DNA from: Helicobacter cetorum
Lineage (GTDB): Bacteria > Campylobacterota > Campylobacteria > Campylobacterales > UBA6016
NCBI GenBank assembly: GCA_022729705.1
Contig: DZAX01000011.1
Coordinates: forward strand, 1,063 to 65,062
Direction of reading: 5' to 3'
DNA: 64,000 nucleotides
In this document: one piece after another, positions 36,127 to 45,708 of the stretch
Numbering within the stretch: position 1 is the first letter of the stretch
Layout: the number at the start of each line of letters is the position of its first letter
Translations under genes and position numbers: made by a program
Notes under the pieces: model-generated
Told to the model about the DNA's origin: nothing
The model's database searches: none
What the model saw: only the letters and a program-made list of their open reading frames with translations

Positions 36127-38742
36127 TTACGCCTTTTTTGTAACTGAATCAAAAGACTCCATCTCCGCCTCAATCTTAACAAGCTTTTCTCTAAGTTCGT
36201 TAGCGTTTTTTGTGTTCTCTTCTATTAGCTCTTTTGGGGCGTTGGCTACGAATTTTTCGTTTTTTAGCATACCGTCTAGTTTTGCCAACTCTTTTTCACT
36301 TTTTTCTTTTTGTTTTGTTAATCTTGATATTAGAGCCTCTTTTGCCTCGGCGGTTATCTCTATGAAACTTTCAAGGTTTGTCGATACATCGGCGGCGCAT
36401 CCTGATGGTTTTCTTTCCACATACTCCACGACTTCGCATTTTGCTAGGTTTGAGATAAATTTTTTAGCCGCTTCGTCTAGCGGCTTATTACTTTTGATGT
36501 ACGCTTTTTCTATTCGTTTATTTGCGAGGTCTATCGTCGCTTTGGCACGTCTTACACTTACTATCGCCTCTTTGATTAGTTCAAACTTCTCTATAATATC
36601 CATATCCACAGCCATATCGTTTGGAAAAGCGCTTATCATGATAGACTCGTCCGCACCGCCAAGCTCCGTGTAAAGATACTCGGTAATAAACGGCATAAAC
36701 GGGTGAAGAAGTTTAAGAGACTCTACAAACACGCCGCCTAGCTCACCCACAGCCTCTTTTTCGACCTTGCTAAGCTCAATGCCAAAATCGCAAAAATCAT
36801 CCCAAAAATACTTATACACACTAACAGCCGCATCGCTAAATCTGTAAGAGTCTAGCTGCTCTCTTATCTCTTTGGTAACCTCCGCCATTTTGGCGTACAT
36901 ATATCTGCCAAGCTCCGTTTTTGGGGCTTCTTTTGTCACATCAGTCGGAGTTGCGCCGTTCATCGTGATATATTTTGCAGCGTTAAAGAGCTTGTTTGTA
37001 AAGTTTCTAGACTGCAAAAACTTCTCTTCTGAGAGCCGTATATCGCGCCCCGCCACGGCAAGCATTGCAAGAGCAAAACGAAGGCTATCGGCACTGTATC
37101 TCTCTATAATATCTATCGGGTCGATGACGTTGCCTTTTGATTTGCTCATCTTTTGCCCGTTTTCATCTCTTACAAGAGCGTGCAGATAAACGTCTCTAAA
37201 CGGTAGCTTACCAAGAAACTGCTCGCCCATCATCATCATCCTCGCAACCCAGAAAAAGAGTATGTCAAAGCCGGTGATAAGAAGCGAATTTGGATAAAAG
37301 TCCGCCATATCAGACGGGGTAACTTTTTCGTTGTCCTCATTTCCCCAACCAAGAGGGCTAAACGCCCAAAGAGCGGAGCTAAACCATGTATCTAGCACGT
37401 CCGCGTCTTGCCTTATTGCCAAAGAGCCGCATTTTGGACACTCGCTATGCTCATTCTCTTCACCGCCCCACTCAAAGCCGCAATCATCGCAATACATAAC
37501 CGGAATACGATGACCCCACCAGAGTTGCCTTGAGATACACCAATCCCTAAGCTCCCTCATCCATGAGTCATAGTTGTTTTTCCACTGTTTTGGGATAAAC
37601 TCCGTCTCTCCGGCGTTTGCTTTTTCGATAGCTCCAGCCGCCGCCTCTTTTTTGACAAACCACTGTTTTGAGATATACGGCTCCACGACGTTACCACAGC
37701 GATAACAGCATCCGACTTGATTTGTGTGTTTTTCTATTTTGTCGATAAAGCCATCACGCTCAAGCCCAGCTACTATCTTCTCTCTCGATTCAAGCCTCTC
37801 ATACCCCTCAAATTCACCGCAATGAGAGTTTAGAATGCCTTTTTCATCAAAGATGGTCAAAAACTCCAATCCGTGTCTTTTACCCACTTCATAGTCGTTT
37901 GTGTCATGTGCCGGAGTCACCTTGACCACACCGGTTCCAAACTCCAAATCAACATGCTCGTCGGCTATGATTTTGATAGACTTGCCTATTAGCGGCAATA
38001 TTAGATTTTTGCCTATATGCTCTTTGTATCTCTCATCGTTTGGATTTACCATGATCGCCGTATCGCCAAAGTAGGTCTCAGGTCTTGTTGTAGCAACCAC
38101 TAGATACTCGTTTGAGTCTTCAAAAAAGTATTTGATATGGTATAAAGAGCCGTCGTTTTCGATATGGTCAACTTCAATGTCAGAGAGAGCGCCGTCATGC
38201 GTACACCAGTTTATCATGTAGTTGCCCTTGACAATAAGCTCTTTTGCATAAAGGTCTAAAAACGCTTTTTTAACCGCACTTTTTAGCCCCTCGTCCATCG
38301 TAAATCTCTCTCTGCTCCAAGCGGGGCTAACCCCTACCCTTCTCATCTGGCTTACGATTGTTCCGCCGCTATACGCTTTCCACTCCCACACTTTTTCAAG
38401 GAATTTTTCTCTGCCTATATCCTCTTTTTTGACTCCCTCTTTTAGCAGTTGCTTTTCTACGACGTTTTGAGTCGCTATACCGGCGTGGTCGGTTCCCGGT
38501 TGCCATAGCGTCTTGTAGCCGTCCATTCTTTTGTATCTCACCATTACGTCGCTAAGGGTGTGATTGAGGGCGTGACCTATATGCAGTGAGCCTGTAACGT
38601 TTGGGGGTGGGAGCATTATTGAAAATGTCTTACCCTCTTTTTGGATTTTTGCGTTGCCCTCACACTCAAAATAGCCCTTTTCTTCCCATTTTTTATAACA
38701 ATTTTCTTCAAACTCTTTTGGTAAATATTCAGTTAAAGCCAT
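36127..38742 (-). CDS. valS: valine--tRNA ligase
   Basis: 871 aa. PPPNVTGSLHIGHAL (HIGH), KMSKSKGN, and a C-terminal coiled coil. Confidence 0.97.
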   Translation of the reverse strand: MALTEYLPKEFEENCYKKWEEKGYFECEGNAKIQKEGKTFSIMLPPPNVTGSLHIGHALNHTLSDVMVRYKRMDGYKTLWQPGTDHAGIATQNVVEKQLLKEGVKKEDIGREKFLEKVWEWKAYSGGTIVSQMRRVGVSPAWSRERFTMDEGLKSAVKKAFLDLYAKELIVKGNYMINWCTHDGALSDIEVDHIENDGSLYHIKYFFEDSNEYLVVATTRPETYFGDTAIMVNPNDERYKEHIGKNLILPLIGKSIKIIADEHVDLEFGTGVVKVTPAHDTNDYEVGKRHGLEFLTIFDEKGILNSHCGEFEGYERLESREKIVAGLERDGFIDKIEKHTNQVGCCYRCGNVVEPYISKQWFVKKEAAAGAIEKANAGETEFIPKQWKNNYDSWMRELRDWCISRQLWWGHRIPVMYCDDCGFEWGGEENEHSECPKCGSLAIRQDADVLDTWFSSALWAFSPLGWGNEDNEKVTPSDMADFYPNSLLITGFDILFFWVARMMMMGEQFLGKLPFRDVYLHALVRDENGQKMSKSKGNVIDPIDIIERYSADSLRFALAMLAVAGRDIRLSEEKFLQSRNFTNKLFNAAKYITMNGATPTDVTKEAPKTELGRYMYAKMAEVTKEIREQLDSYRFSDAAVSVYKYFWDDFCDFGIELSKVEKEAVGELGGVFVESLKLLHPFMPFITEYLYTELGGADESIMISAFPNDMAVDMDIIEKFELIKEAIVSVRRAKATIDLANKRIEKAYIKSNKPLDEAAKKFISNLAKCEVVEYVERKPSGCAADVSTNLESFIEITAEAKEALISRLTKQKEKSEKELAKLDGMLKNEKFVANAPKELIEENTKNANELREKLVKIEAEMESFDSVTKKA

Positions 38743-38869
38743 CTTGCAAGATTCCTAGTAGTTTTTGGGCGAATTTTAGCAAAACTCTACTAATGGGCGT
38801 TGCGGCGTAATCTAACCGTAAATATATTGCGATAAAAACATAATCGAAAATAATTCAAGGAGTTACAAA

Positions 38870-40564
38870 ATGGCAAAACTAAGAGACATGGGAATTAGGA
38901 CGAAGCTTCTTTGGCTACTTACGCTTTTACTGGTAGCAGTAGTCGGATTTTATTCTACTTTTACATATAAGATAAAAAAACAAGATTTTTATATAACGAT
39001 AGACTCCAGACTAAAAGACGCAGTGCATGCCGGAACTATGATAATGGGCGACGATTTTCATGACAAGGTCATGGATAAAAATATAAGCTACGACGACTTT
39101 TACAACAAAACCGTGGTTATGACTAAATTTGTTAGGGATATAGGGGTCGAGTACATCTACTCCAAAGTCTTGGTAGACGACAAACTCCACTACACTGTCT
39201 CGACGCTAGACGAAAACGAAACAAAAAAAGAGGATGCAAAACCTTATTATGGGGTTTACACCGAAGACGGTATGCCGCCGCAGGCGCAGCTAAAATGCGT
39301 GCACGAACAAAAAATAGTCTTTGACGAATACAAAGACGACTTTGGACAACACAGGTCTATGTTTTTGCCGTTTACTACAAAAGACGGGCTAAAAGGGTTT
39401 ATTGGAGCCGATATATCTACCGAATACATCGAAGAGGAGCTAAACGGGCTTTTAATGAGAAGCGTAGGTTATGGACTTGGCATATTTGCCATTGTTATGA
39501 CGCTAATTTTTGCAAACTTAAACCCTATAGTGCGCGCCATAGAAAAACTAGCCGAATCCTCAAAAAAAGTGCAAAAAGGAGACCTTAGCGTAAGAAGTGA
39601 TATAAATAGAAAAGACGAACTTGGACTTCTCTCAGAGTCTTTTAACTCCATGGTTGCACAGCTTCAAGAGTCGGTGCACACGCTAGAGTCAAAAGTGCAA
39701 GAGAGAACAAAAGAGCTCTCTCATGCCAACGAGCGAATCATGGACTCTATTTTTTACGCAAAACGGATTCAATCGTCGTTTTTGCCAACAGATGACGAAA
39801 TAAGACACATCTGCAAAGACTATTTTGTTTTGGCAAATCCAAAAGATATTGTCGGTGGGGATTTTTATTGGATGGGTGAATATAGGGGTGGATATTTTAT
39901 AGCGGCTATCGACTGCACGGGGCATGGCGTACCTGGGGCTTTTATGACGCTTATCGTTTCCTCTTTGCTAGAAAAAACTCTTTTGGAGCACAACTCAGAG
40001 AGTCCGGCACTACTAATAGAGTCGGCAAGTCTAAGCAAACTAGAAAAAGAGATAACAGAACACAACTCCGTTAGCCCCGCATTTATCCTCTCAAAGCTAA
40101 ACAAAGAGATAAAAAGAGCCCTAAGACAAGATACACCAGATGGCGAGAGCAACGACGGATGTGATGGCGGACTCATCTTTGTGGATCCTAAAAACAAAAA
40201 AATAAGATTTGCCGGAGCCAACACCTCGCTTTTTATGATAGACCCAAAGGGCGAACTAAGCGTAATCAATTCAGACAAACATTCACTAGGATATAGACAC
40301 TCTGATATAAACTACAAGTTTACAGACCACGAGTTTGATTTGGTGGAAAATACAAGCTTTTATATCACTACAGACGGCATCACATACCAGATTGGCGGCG
40401 ACAAGAAGCTTTCATTTGGCAAAAAAAGACTCTCCAGAACACTGCTAAAGTATAAAGATTTACCGATGAGCGAACAAAAAGAGGCTCTTTGTAAAGAGTT
40501 TGACGCATACAAGCTAAACGAAGTGCAAAGAGACGATAACACCATGGTTGGACTAAGGATTTAA
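38870..40564 (+). CDS. membrane sensor with HAMP and PP2C (SpoIIE/RsbU-type) phosphatase domains
   Basis: 564 aa. TM1 (LLWLLTLLLVAVVGFY), a ~170-aa extracytoplasmic domain, TM2, HAMP (DELGLLSESFNSMV), then PP2C (IQSSFLP, GGDFYW, DCTGHGVPGAFMT, TTDGITYQ, RDDNTMVGL). Confidence 0.8.
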   Translation: MAKLRDMGIRTKLLWLLTLLLVAVVGFYSTFTYKIKKQDFYITIDSRLKDAVHAGTMIMGDDFHDKVMDKNISYDDFYNKTVVMTKFVRDIGVEYIYSKVLVDDKLHYTVSTLDENETKKEDAKPYYGVYTEDGMPPQAQLKCVHEQKIVFDEYKDDFGQHRSMFLPFTTKDGLKGFIGADISTEYIEEELNGLLMRSVGYGLGIFAIVMTLIFANLNPIVRAIEKLAESSKKVQKGDLSVRSDINRKDELGLLSESFNSMVAQLQESVHTLESKVQERTKELSHANERIMDSIFYAKRIQSSFLPTDDEIRHICKDYFVLANPKDIVGGDFYWMGEYRGGYFIAAIDCTGHGVPGAFMTLIVSSLLEKTLLEHNSESPALLIESASLSKLEKEITEHNSVSPAFILSKLNKEIKRALRQDTPDGESNDGCDGGLIFVDPKNKKIRFAGANTSLFMIDPKGELSVINSDKHSLGYRHSDINYKFTDHEFDLVENTSFYITTDGITYQIGGDKKLSFGKKRLSRTLLKYKDLPMSEQKEALCKEFDAYKLNEVQRDDNTMVGLRI

Positions 40565-40663
40565 TGTGGTTTTGTAGTCCATTTGGGCGTTTTTAAGCAT
40601 TATTTAATAAGTATTGTTATACCTTTAGATGGGCAATGTAATTAATCAAAACAAGGGGAAAAA

Positions 40664-41050
40664 ATGGTATTTAATGTTAAGTCGCCGATTTTAGGATTTG
40701 ATGAGCTTGCAAAAGTTGAACTTAGAGGCGTAGATGGTTTTTTTTCTAGTCTAAAAAATGCTGAGGGAGATGTTCCTGCGTTTACGCTTGTAAATCCTTA
40801 CGCTCTTAGAGAGTACTCTTTTGATATACCAACAAGCATAAAAGTACTTCTTGATCTTAAAGAAGATTCAAAAGTTGAAGTATTCAATATTGTGGTTTTG
40901 CAAAACCCTATTGAAAACTCTGCGGTAAACTTCCTAGCTCCGCTTATTTTCAACCACGACAACATGACAATGGGTCAAGCGGTGCTTGAATCTGCAAAAT
41001 ATGCGGACTTTGGCGTTGCCGAAGAGATTTCTGCTTATATGCAAAAATAG
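40664..41050 (+). CDS. fliW: flagellar assembly factor FliW
   Basis: 128 aa. SPILGFDEL..., FTLVNPYAL..., NFLAPLIFN are typical of FliW. Confidence 0.8.
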   Translation: MVFNVKSPILGFDELAKVELRGVDGFFSSLKNAEGDVPAFTLVNPYALREYSFDIPTSIKVLLDLKEDSKVEVFNIVVLQNPIENSAVNFLAPLIFNHDNMTMGQAVLESAKYADFGVAEEISAYMQK

Positions 41051-41068
41051 AGCCTCCCTTTCTTTTAC

Positions 41069-41094
41069 GCAAAACGGACAAAAATCCGTTTTGC
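41069..41094 (+). terminator. stem-loop after fliW (putative terminator)
   Basis: GCAAAACGGA-caaaaa-TCCGTTTTGC, 18 nt after the fliW stop. There is no long U tail. Confidence 0.45.
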
Positions 41095-41237
41095 TCCTCA
41101 CACAAATAAAACTCAATAACTCACCTTTTAATAATAAATACTACTTGTTGTTGCAAAATAATAAACGCTACAATACAAGATGAAATAGGGCGGCGTTTAA
41201 CAAATAATTAACACTAAATGGTTACTTTATATGCGTT

Positions 41238-41323
41238 CATCTCCGAATGCGGGTAGCTTTAGGGGATGCAGAGACATTTCTTGCCGCCAATACAGGCTTT
41301 GCTTGTATTGGCGCACAACATCA
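41238..41323 (+). repeat. structured MITE-like repeat, copy 4 (5' truncated, hairpin 2 degraded)
   Basis: CTCCGAATGCGGGTAGCTTTAGGGGATGCA..., CCAATACAGGCTTTGCTTGTATTGG. It ends 18 nt before the PCuAC ATG. Confidence 0.75.
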
Positions 41324-41340
41324 AATCAGAGGAAAACAAA

Positions 41341-41796
41341 ATGAACCTATCCAAAATTACAGTTTCCACGCTAACCATCGGCGCAATTTTATTAGCCGGA
41401 GATATAAAAGTCGGCGATCCGTTCGTCAAAGAGATTGCTCCAAATATGAAAAATAGTGCGGCGTTTATGAGCATCAAAAATGACGGCGACAAAAAAGTAA
41501 ATCTACTATCGGCAAAAAGCGACGTATCGTCAATTACAGAGCTACATACGCACGGTAAAAAAGATGGAATGATGGTAATGTACAAAGTTCCAAACATAGA
41601 GATACCGGCAAAAGGCGAAGCACTCCTAAAACCGATGGGGCTGCACGTCATGCTAATAGGTCTAACTAAGCAGATAAAAGAGGGCGATACCGTAAATTTA
41701 GAACTTACGTTTGACAACGGTGAGAGCGTAAAAGTAGCCGCTCCCGTAAAAAAACTGCAAAACGTTATGAAGCCTAACTCGGATACTCATAAATAA
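41341..41796 (+). CDS. periplasmic copper chaperone PCu(A)C (DUF461)
   Basis: Signal peptide MNLSKITVSTLTIGAILLAG. HTH...MMVM and GLHVML copper-binding motifs. I start at ATG 41341 because the track start at 41266 lies inside repeat copy 4. Confidence 0.75.
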   Translation: MNLSKITVSTLTIGAILLAGDIKVGDPFVKEIAPNMKNSAAFMSIKNDGDKKVNLLSAKSDVSSITELHTHGKKDGMMVMYKVPNIEIPAKGEALLKPMGLHVMLIGLTKQIKEGDTVNLELTFDNGESVKVAAPVKKLQNVMKPNSDTHK

Positions 41797-42257
41797 TGAA
41801 ACTGTCATTTAGCAAGACTATCTGGCTTGAAATCGGCTTAATAGCCTTGCTAATAGCTGGCTATTTCACATCTGATATGCTCGCATACGTCAAGAAACAA
41901 AATATACGCTTCACAGAACAAAACGGTTGCGAATTAAATCAAAAAGATTGCGAATTGGTCATCAAGGACAATTCGCGCTTAATAGTCTCCGTGGAGCCAA
42001 AAATCATAACGCCGCTACAGGCGGCAAAGTTTATCGTAAAAAACGAGGGCGCAAACGAGGTAAAAGTAATAAGCAAGGGATTAAACATGAATATGGGGGT
42101 TCACGAACACCATTTCAAGAAAGTATCCGAAGGTGTTTTTGAAGCTTCTATTCTTTTACCGTCTTGCTCCCTCGCTATGAAATGGCAAATAGACGTTATC
42201 ATCTCAAAAGACAGCGGCGAATACGGCGGCAGTTTTATATTATGGAGTAAAAATTAA
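41796..42257 (+). CDS. membrane-anchored protein of unknown function in the copper operon
   Basis: 153 aa. N-terminal TM, several Cys and His (MNMGVHEHHF). TAATG stop-start overlap with the PCuAC gene. Confidence 0.55.
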   Translation: MKLSFSKTIWLEIGLIALLIAGYFTSDMLAYVKKQNIRFTEQNGCELNQKDCELVIKDNSRLIVSVEPKIITPLQAAKFIVKNEGANEVKVISKGLNMNMGVHEHHFKKVSEGVFEASILLPSCSLAMKWQIDVIISKDSGEYGGSFILWSKN

Positions 42258-42260
42258 CAG

Positions 42261-42827
42261 ATGACTAAACAAAAAAAAATAATATTGGTTCTGTTGCCGT
42301 TGCTTGTAGCGCTTGGATTTGGCTCATTTTTGTATTATCAACACACGGCAGAGGTCGCAAAATATAGCTTTACGGTACAAAGCGATACAAAAGAGATAAA
42401 GTTATCAGATTTTAGAGGTAAAAAAACAATCGTCTATTTTGGCTATGGATTGTGTCCTGATATTTGCCCAACCACACTTACGGCGATAGCCGGAGCTCTC
42501 AACAAGCTAACGCCGGTAGAGCTAAACTCCATAGAGGTTGTTTTTATTAGCGTAGATCCAGATAGAGACAAACCCAAAGAACTTAGCGTATTTGCGCGCT
42601 ATTTTCACCCAAAAATTATAGGCGCTACAGCTAATGAAGCGCATATTAAAACCGTCGCAACAAACTATGGAGCTTCATACAAAAAAGTACCCCAGCCAGA
42701 CTCCGCCATAGGGTATTCGGTAGCGCATAGCGCCGACGCATATCTGATAGGCAAAAATGGCAAACTTGAAAAAGCGCTTCCTTTTGGCGCATCATCTGAT
42801 GAAATAGCCGCTGACATTAGAAGATAA
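42261..42827 (+). CDS. SCO1/SenC-family copper chaperone (thioredoxin fold)
   Basis: 188 aa. N-terminal TM, FGYGLCPDICP (CxxxC) and a conserved downstream His (VAHS). Confidence 0.85.
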   Translation: MTKQKKIILVLLPLLVALGFGSFLYYQHTAEVAKYSFTVQSDTKEIKLSDFRGKKTIVYFGYGLCPDICPTTLTAIAGALNKLTPVELNSIEVVFISVDPDRDKPKELSVFARYFHPKIIGATANEAHIKTVATNYGASYKKVPQPDSAIGYSVAHSADAYLIGKNGKLEKALPFGASSDEIAADIRR

Positions 42828-42855
42828 AATTTTTGACACAACTCCTGATTATACA

Positions 42856-42985
42856 CTGATGTTACGCACAAACACGAGCAAAGCCCGTATTTGCGGCAGG
42901 GGCTATTCGCCCCTTGCATCCCCCTAAAGCTTCCCGCATTCGCAGGAGAATGGAGGTTGTAGGAGCTTTGCGTGCGTAAGGTCAG
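42856..42985 (-). mobile_element. structured MITE-like repeat, copy 5 (full length, inverted), with target-site duplication
   Basis: Ends are CTGATGTTACGCAC and GTGCGTAAGGTCAG (a 14-nt TIR, 12/14 matched). It is flanked by direct TTATACA at 42849..42855 and 42986..42992. Confidence 0.85.
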
Positions 42986-43156
42986 TTATACATAGCTTTT
43001 GGCGCAAAACAGTGTAAAGAGCTAGCAACAATCGTAACCATTGACTATTTTCAATCAATATATGTGAAAAAATCAAGAAAAAATCCTATTTATAAAATCT
43101 AATATAACATTTTTTTTAGTATCATATAGTGTTTGTAAGCAAATAAAAGGTTTAAA

Positions 43157-45178
43157 GTGGCGTTTGAAAAAATTAAATTTTTTACTACTGTCGCATGCCT
43201 ATCGACTATAAAGACGCTCGCAAGCGACGCCGTTGTAGTTGACTTAACAAACGATATACACAACTTTACCAACGCCGCCGTAAAAACAAAACAAAATATA
43301 GATTATCTACCATTCATAATGTCCGTCTCTGATGGCGACAATCTTTCAAAGCTTGGAGTTCTTACTCTAAAAGAAGCCTTAATGTTGTTTGTCGGCGTAG
43401 ACGTATCAACAGATAATATAAAAAGTCAATCACCTATTTTTCGCGGCTCAAACCCTTTTGCACATGGACAAAGTAAGCTTATTATAGACGGCGTTGTCGT
43501 CAACGATAGAGTCTCAGGCGGATATACGGCGTATTTGGATATGCCCATAGAGATGATAAAAAGAATAGAAGTTGTAAGAGGTCCGGGAAGTTTTGCCGAT
43601 GGTTCAAACGGATACGCAGGCACAATTAACGTAGCCACATACGCCAAAGACGGCTCAAAAGAAGGCGGCAAGGCTTACGTCCTGTACGGCTCATACAAAA
43701 ATAGAAGTGTGGGAGCCTTATACAACACAAAAATCGGCAATTTTTTGTTTCATATAGACGCCTATACGCATAAAGATAATATGAAAATTAGTACAAACGG
43801 AAAAGACGGTCTAAGCTATAGCAAACAAAATAGCTCCTTATCGCGCTCCGGAGAGGTTGACATAGGGCTGGAAACATCGGCTTTAAGCGTCGCTATAAAG
43901 TCTCAGGAGCTTTCGATAGTAGGTCGTTTTACCTCGTACCAACCCGGAAGCGCCTTTGGAATGCTAAACACTCTTCCAAACGAGGATGGAAGCCAAAAAA
44001 TGCCGTCTTGGTATCTTGAGGGGACATATAAAAAAGAGCTTACGGCGGATGTTTTTGTAGAAACTAAAATAGGATACATGGAGGACGGATGGGAGAGCTA
44101 TGCTCGATCTTATCCGGCGGGTATGAAGGCGGCGCACACTGTTTTTCAAGACGGTTATTGGGCGGATCTTTTATTGACAAATAGGGTTATATATGGCGGC
44201 GTCTCCATAAGATATGACGGCTTAAAAAACCATACCCCAAAAATAGGGGCGTATCAAGGTGATGAAAAAAATATTGATTTACGCTCTATAACTACAAACA
44301 GGATCACCGGCGCAGGATGGGTGGACTACACAAAAAGCGCGCCATTTTTTGACGGAGAAGCGGCAAAAAGAAAAACAACAAAACTATATCTAAGCGACTC
44401 TTGGGAAATCTCTGAGAGTTTAGCCTTGTCATTTGAGCTAGGAAGCGACAAGGCTAGCGATTTTGAAAGACAAAATGACTATCGCGCGGCGCTTGTGTGG
44501 CAGATAAGCGACTCCGATATTCTAAAAACCATGACGAGTACGGCATACCGCGCCCCATCATGGCAAGAGCTATACGGCATAAACAATACGGCGCGAATCG
44601 GAAGCAAAAACCTAAAACCAGAGAGAGTTCGCGCATATGAAGCTCAGTATATTAAAAAACTAAACCAAGACAACTCGCTTGCTATAAATCTATTTTTTCT
44701 ACAAAATAAAAATCAAATTAATAAAATTAACGCTCAAAACCAATATAGAAATGCCGGAGATTCCTTAATATATGGAGTTGAAACGGAGTATAAAAAAGAG
44801 TTTAGCACAGGAATCTTATGTGTGGGCTACTCGTTTTTAAAAGGCAAAACAAACAACGAAGACTCTTTGCCATCAGCCGCTAGACGTCTATTTAAAGGCT
44901 CGGTTTTAAAAAAAATATACCCTGGATTCTCTATCGCCGGAAATATCGTTTATGTGGGAGATAAAAAACGAGTCGCGTCGGACAATAGAGACGAAACACC
45001 ATCATATACGACAATCGACGCAATCGTAAACTATGACGCCAAAAAATGGGGAGCGCAGTTTGGCGTAAAAAACGCTACAAACACAAGAGCGTTATATCCC
45101 AGTGAACAAGGTTCTTACCCAGGTGATTATCCCACAAGCAAACAGACTCTGTTTGTAAAACTATTTGCTAGGTTTTAG
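43157..45178 (+). CDS. TonB-dependent outer-membrane receptor
   Basis: 673 aa. Plug-domain pattern (IEVVRGPGS), a long beta-barrel region and a C-terminal aromatic residue (LFARF). GTG start. Confidence 0.75.
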   Translation: MAFEKIKFFTTVACLSTIKTLASDAVVVDLTNDIHNFTNAAVKTKQNIDYLPFIMSVSDGDNLSKLGVLTLKEALMLFVGVDVSTDNIKSQSPIFRGSNPFAHGQSKLIIDGVVVNDRVSGGYTAYLDMPIEMIKRIEVVRGPGSFADGSNGYAGTINVATYAKDGSKEGGKAYVLYGSYKNRSVGALYNTKIGNFLFHIDAYTHKDNMKISTNGKDGLSYSKQNSSLSRSGEVDIGLETSALSVAIKSQELSIVGRFTSYQPGSAFGMLNTLPNEDGSQKMPSWYLEGTYKKELTADVFVETKIGYMEDGWESYARSYPAGMKAAHTVFQDGYWADLLLTNRVIYGGVSIRYDGLKNHTPKIGAYQGDEKNIDLRSITTNRITGAGWVDYTKSAPFFDGEAAKRKTTKLYLSDSWEISESLALSFELGSDKASDFERQNDYRAALVWQISDSDILKTMTSTAYRAPSWQELYGINNTARIGSKNLKPERVRAYEAQYIKKLNQDNSLAINLFFLQNKNQINKINAQNQYRNAGDSLIYGVETEYKKEFSTGILCVGYSFLKGKTNNEDSLPSAARRLFKGSVLKKIYPGFSIAGNIVYVGDKKRVASDNRDETPSYTTIDAIVNYDAKKWGAQFGVKNATNTRALYPSEQGSYPGDYPTSKQTLFVKLFARF

Positions 45179-45180
45179 GC

Positions 45181-45708
45181 ATGACGGCAAAATTATTAAT
45201 ATTTTTATTACTATCAATAGCCTCTTTCGGATATGACGAACTCCTCTTAGAGGCGCAAAGCTCTGTGTTGCCAAAAATAGCACTTTTAGACAAAGATATA
45301 CAAAAGAAACTAATCGGCGGCAAACTACAAATTGTCATAGCCTGCAACGCCGCTGATATCGAACTCGCAAAAGAGACCGCTCAAAAAATTATGACAGCCA
45401 CAGGCGCCAAAGTGGGCGCATTTGCGCTAAACATCCTAGCGGTGGAATTTTCACAACTTTCTAAGGCGGATGCAAGTATGATATACATTCTAAATTCGAA
45501 CGATGTAACCATCAAAAAGGCTACTCAAATAGCGTCGCAGAAAAAAATAGTTAGCTTTGTATTTGATAAAGCAAATCTTAAAAATGGAGCTATGCTATCC
45601 ATGAGTATTGAAAGAAGCGCCGTCATAACTCTAAGCAGAAGCGTAATGAAAGAGTCCGGCGTTCAGTTTGTAGACTCTTTTTATAAGATTACTAGAATAG
45701 TCGAATAG
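45181..45708 (+). CDS. periplasmic YfiR/DUF4154-like protein
   Basis: 175 aa. Signal peptide. The C-terminal pattern (...VITLSRSVMKESGVQFVDSFYKITRIVE) resembles the YfiR family as I recall it. No search was run. Confidence 0.45.
   Translation: MTAKLLIFLLLSIASFGYDELLLEAQSSVLPKIALLDKDIQKKLIGGKLQIVIACNAADIELAKETAQKIMTATGAKVGAFALNILAVEFSQLSKADASMIYILNSNDVTIKKATQIASQKKIVSFVFDKANLKNGAMLSMSIERSAVITLSRSVMKESGVQFVDSFYKITRIVE

Noticed and set aside
35674-36147. 157-aa plus-strand ORF
   Set aside because: It lies antisense to ruvX, which has clear YqgF motifs, and it is a Ser/Pro/Phe-rich low-complexity translation.
23866-42985. Whether the five repeats could be a CRISPR array or CRISPR remnants
   Set aside because: Spacing is kilobases rather than tens of bases. 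The copies are about 100-135 bp long, one is inverted, they are separated by ordinary genes, and no cas genes are present.
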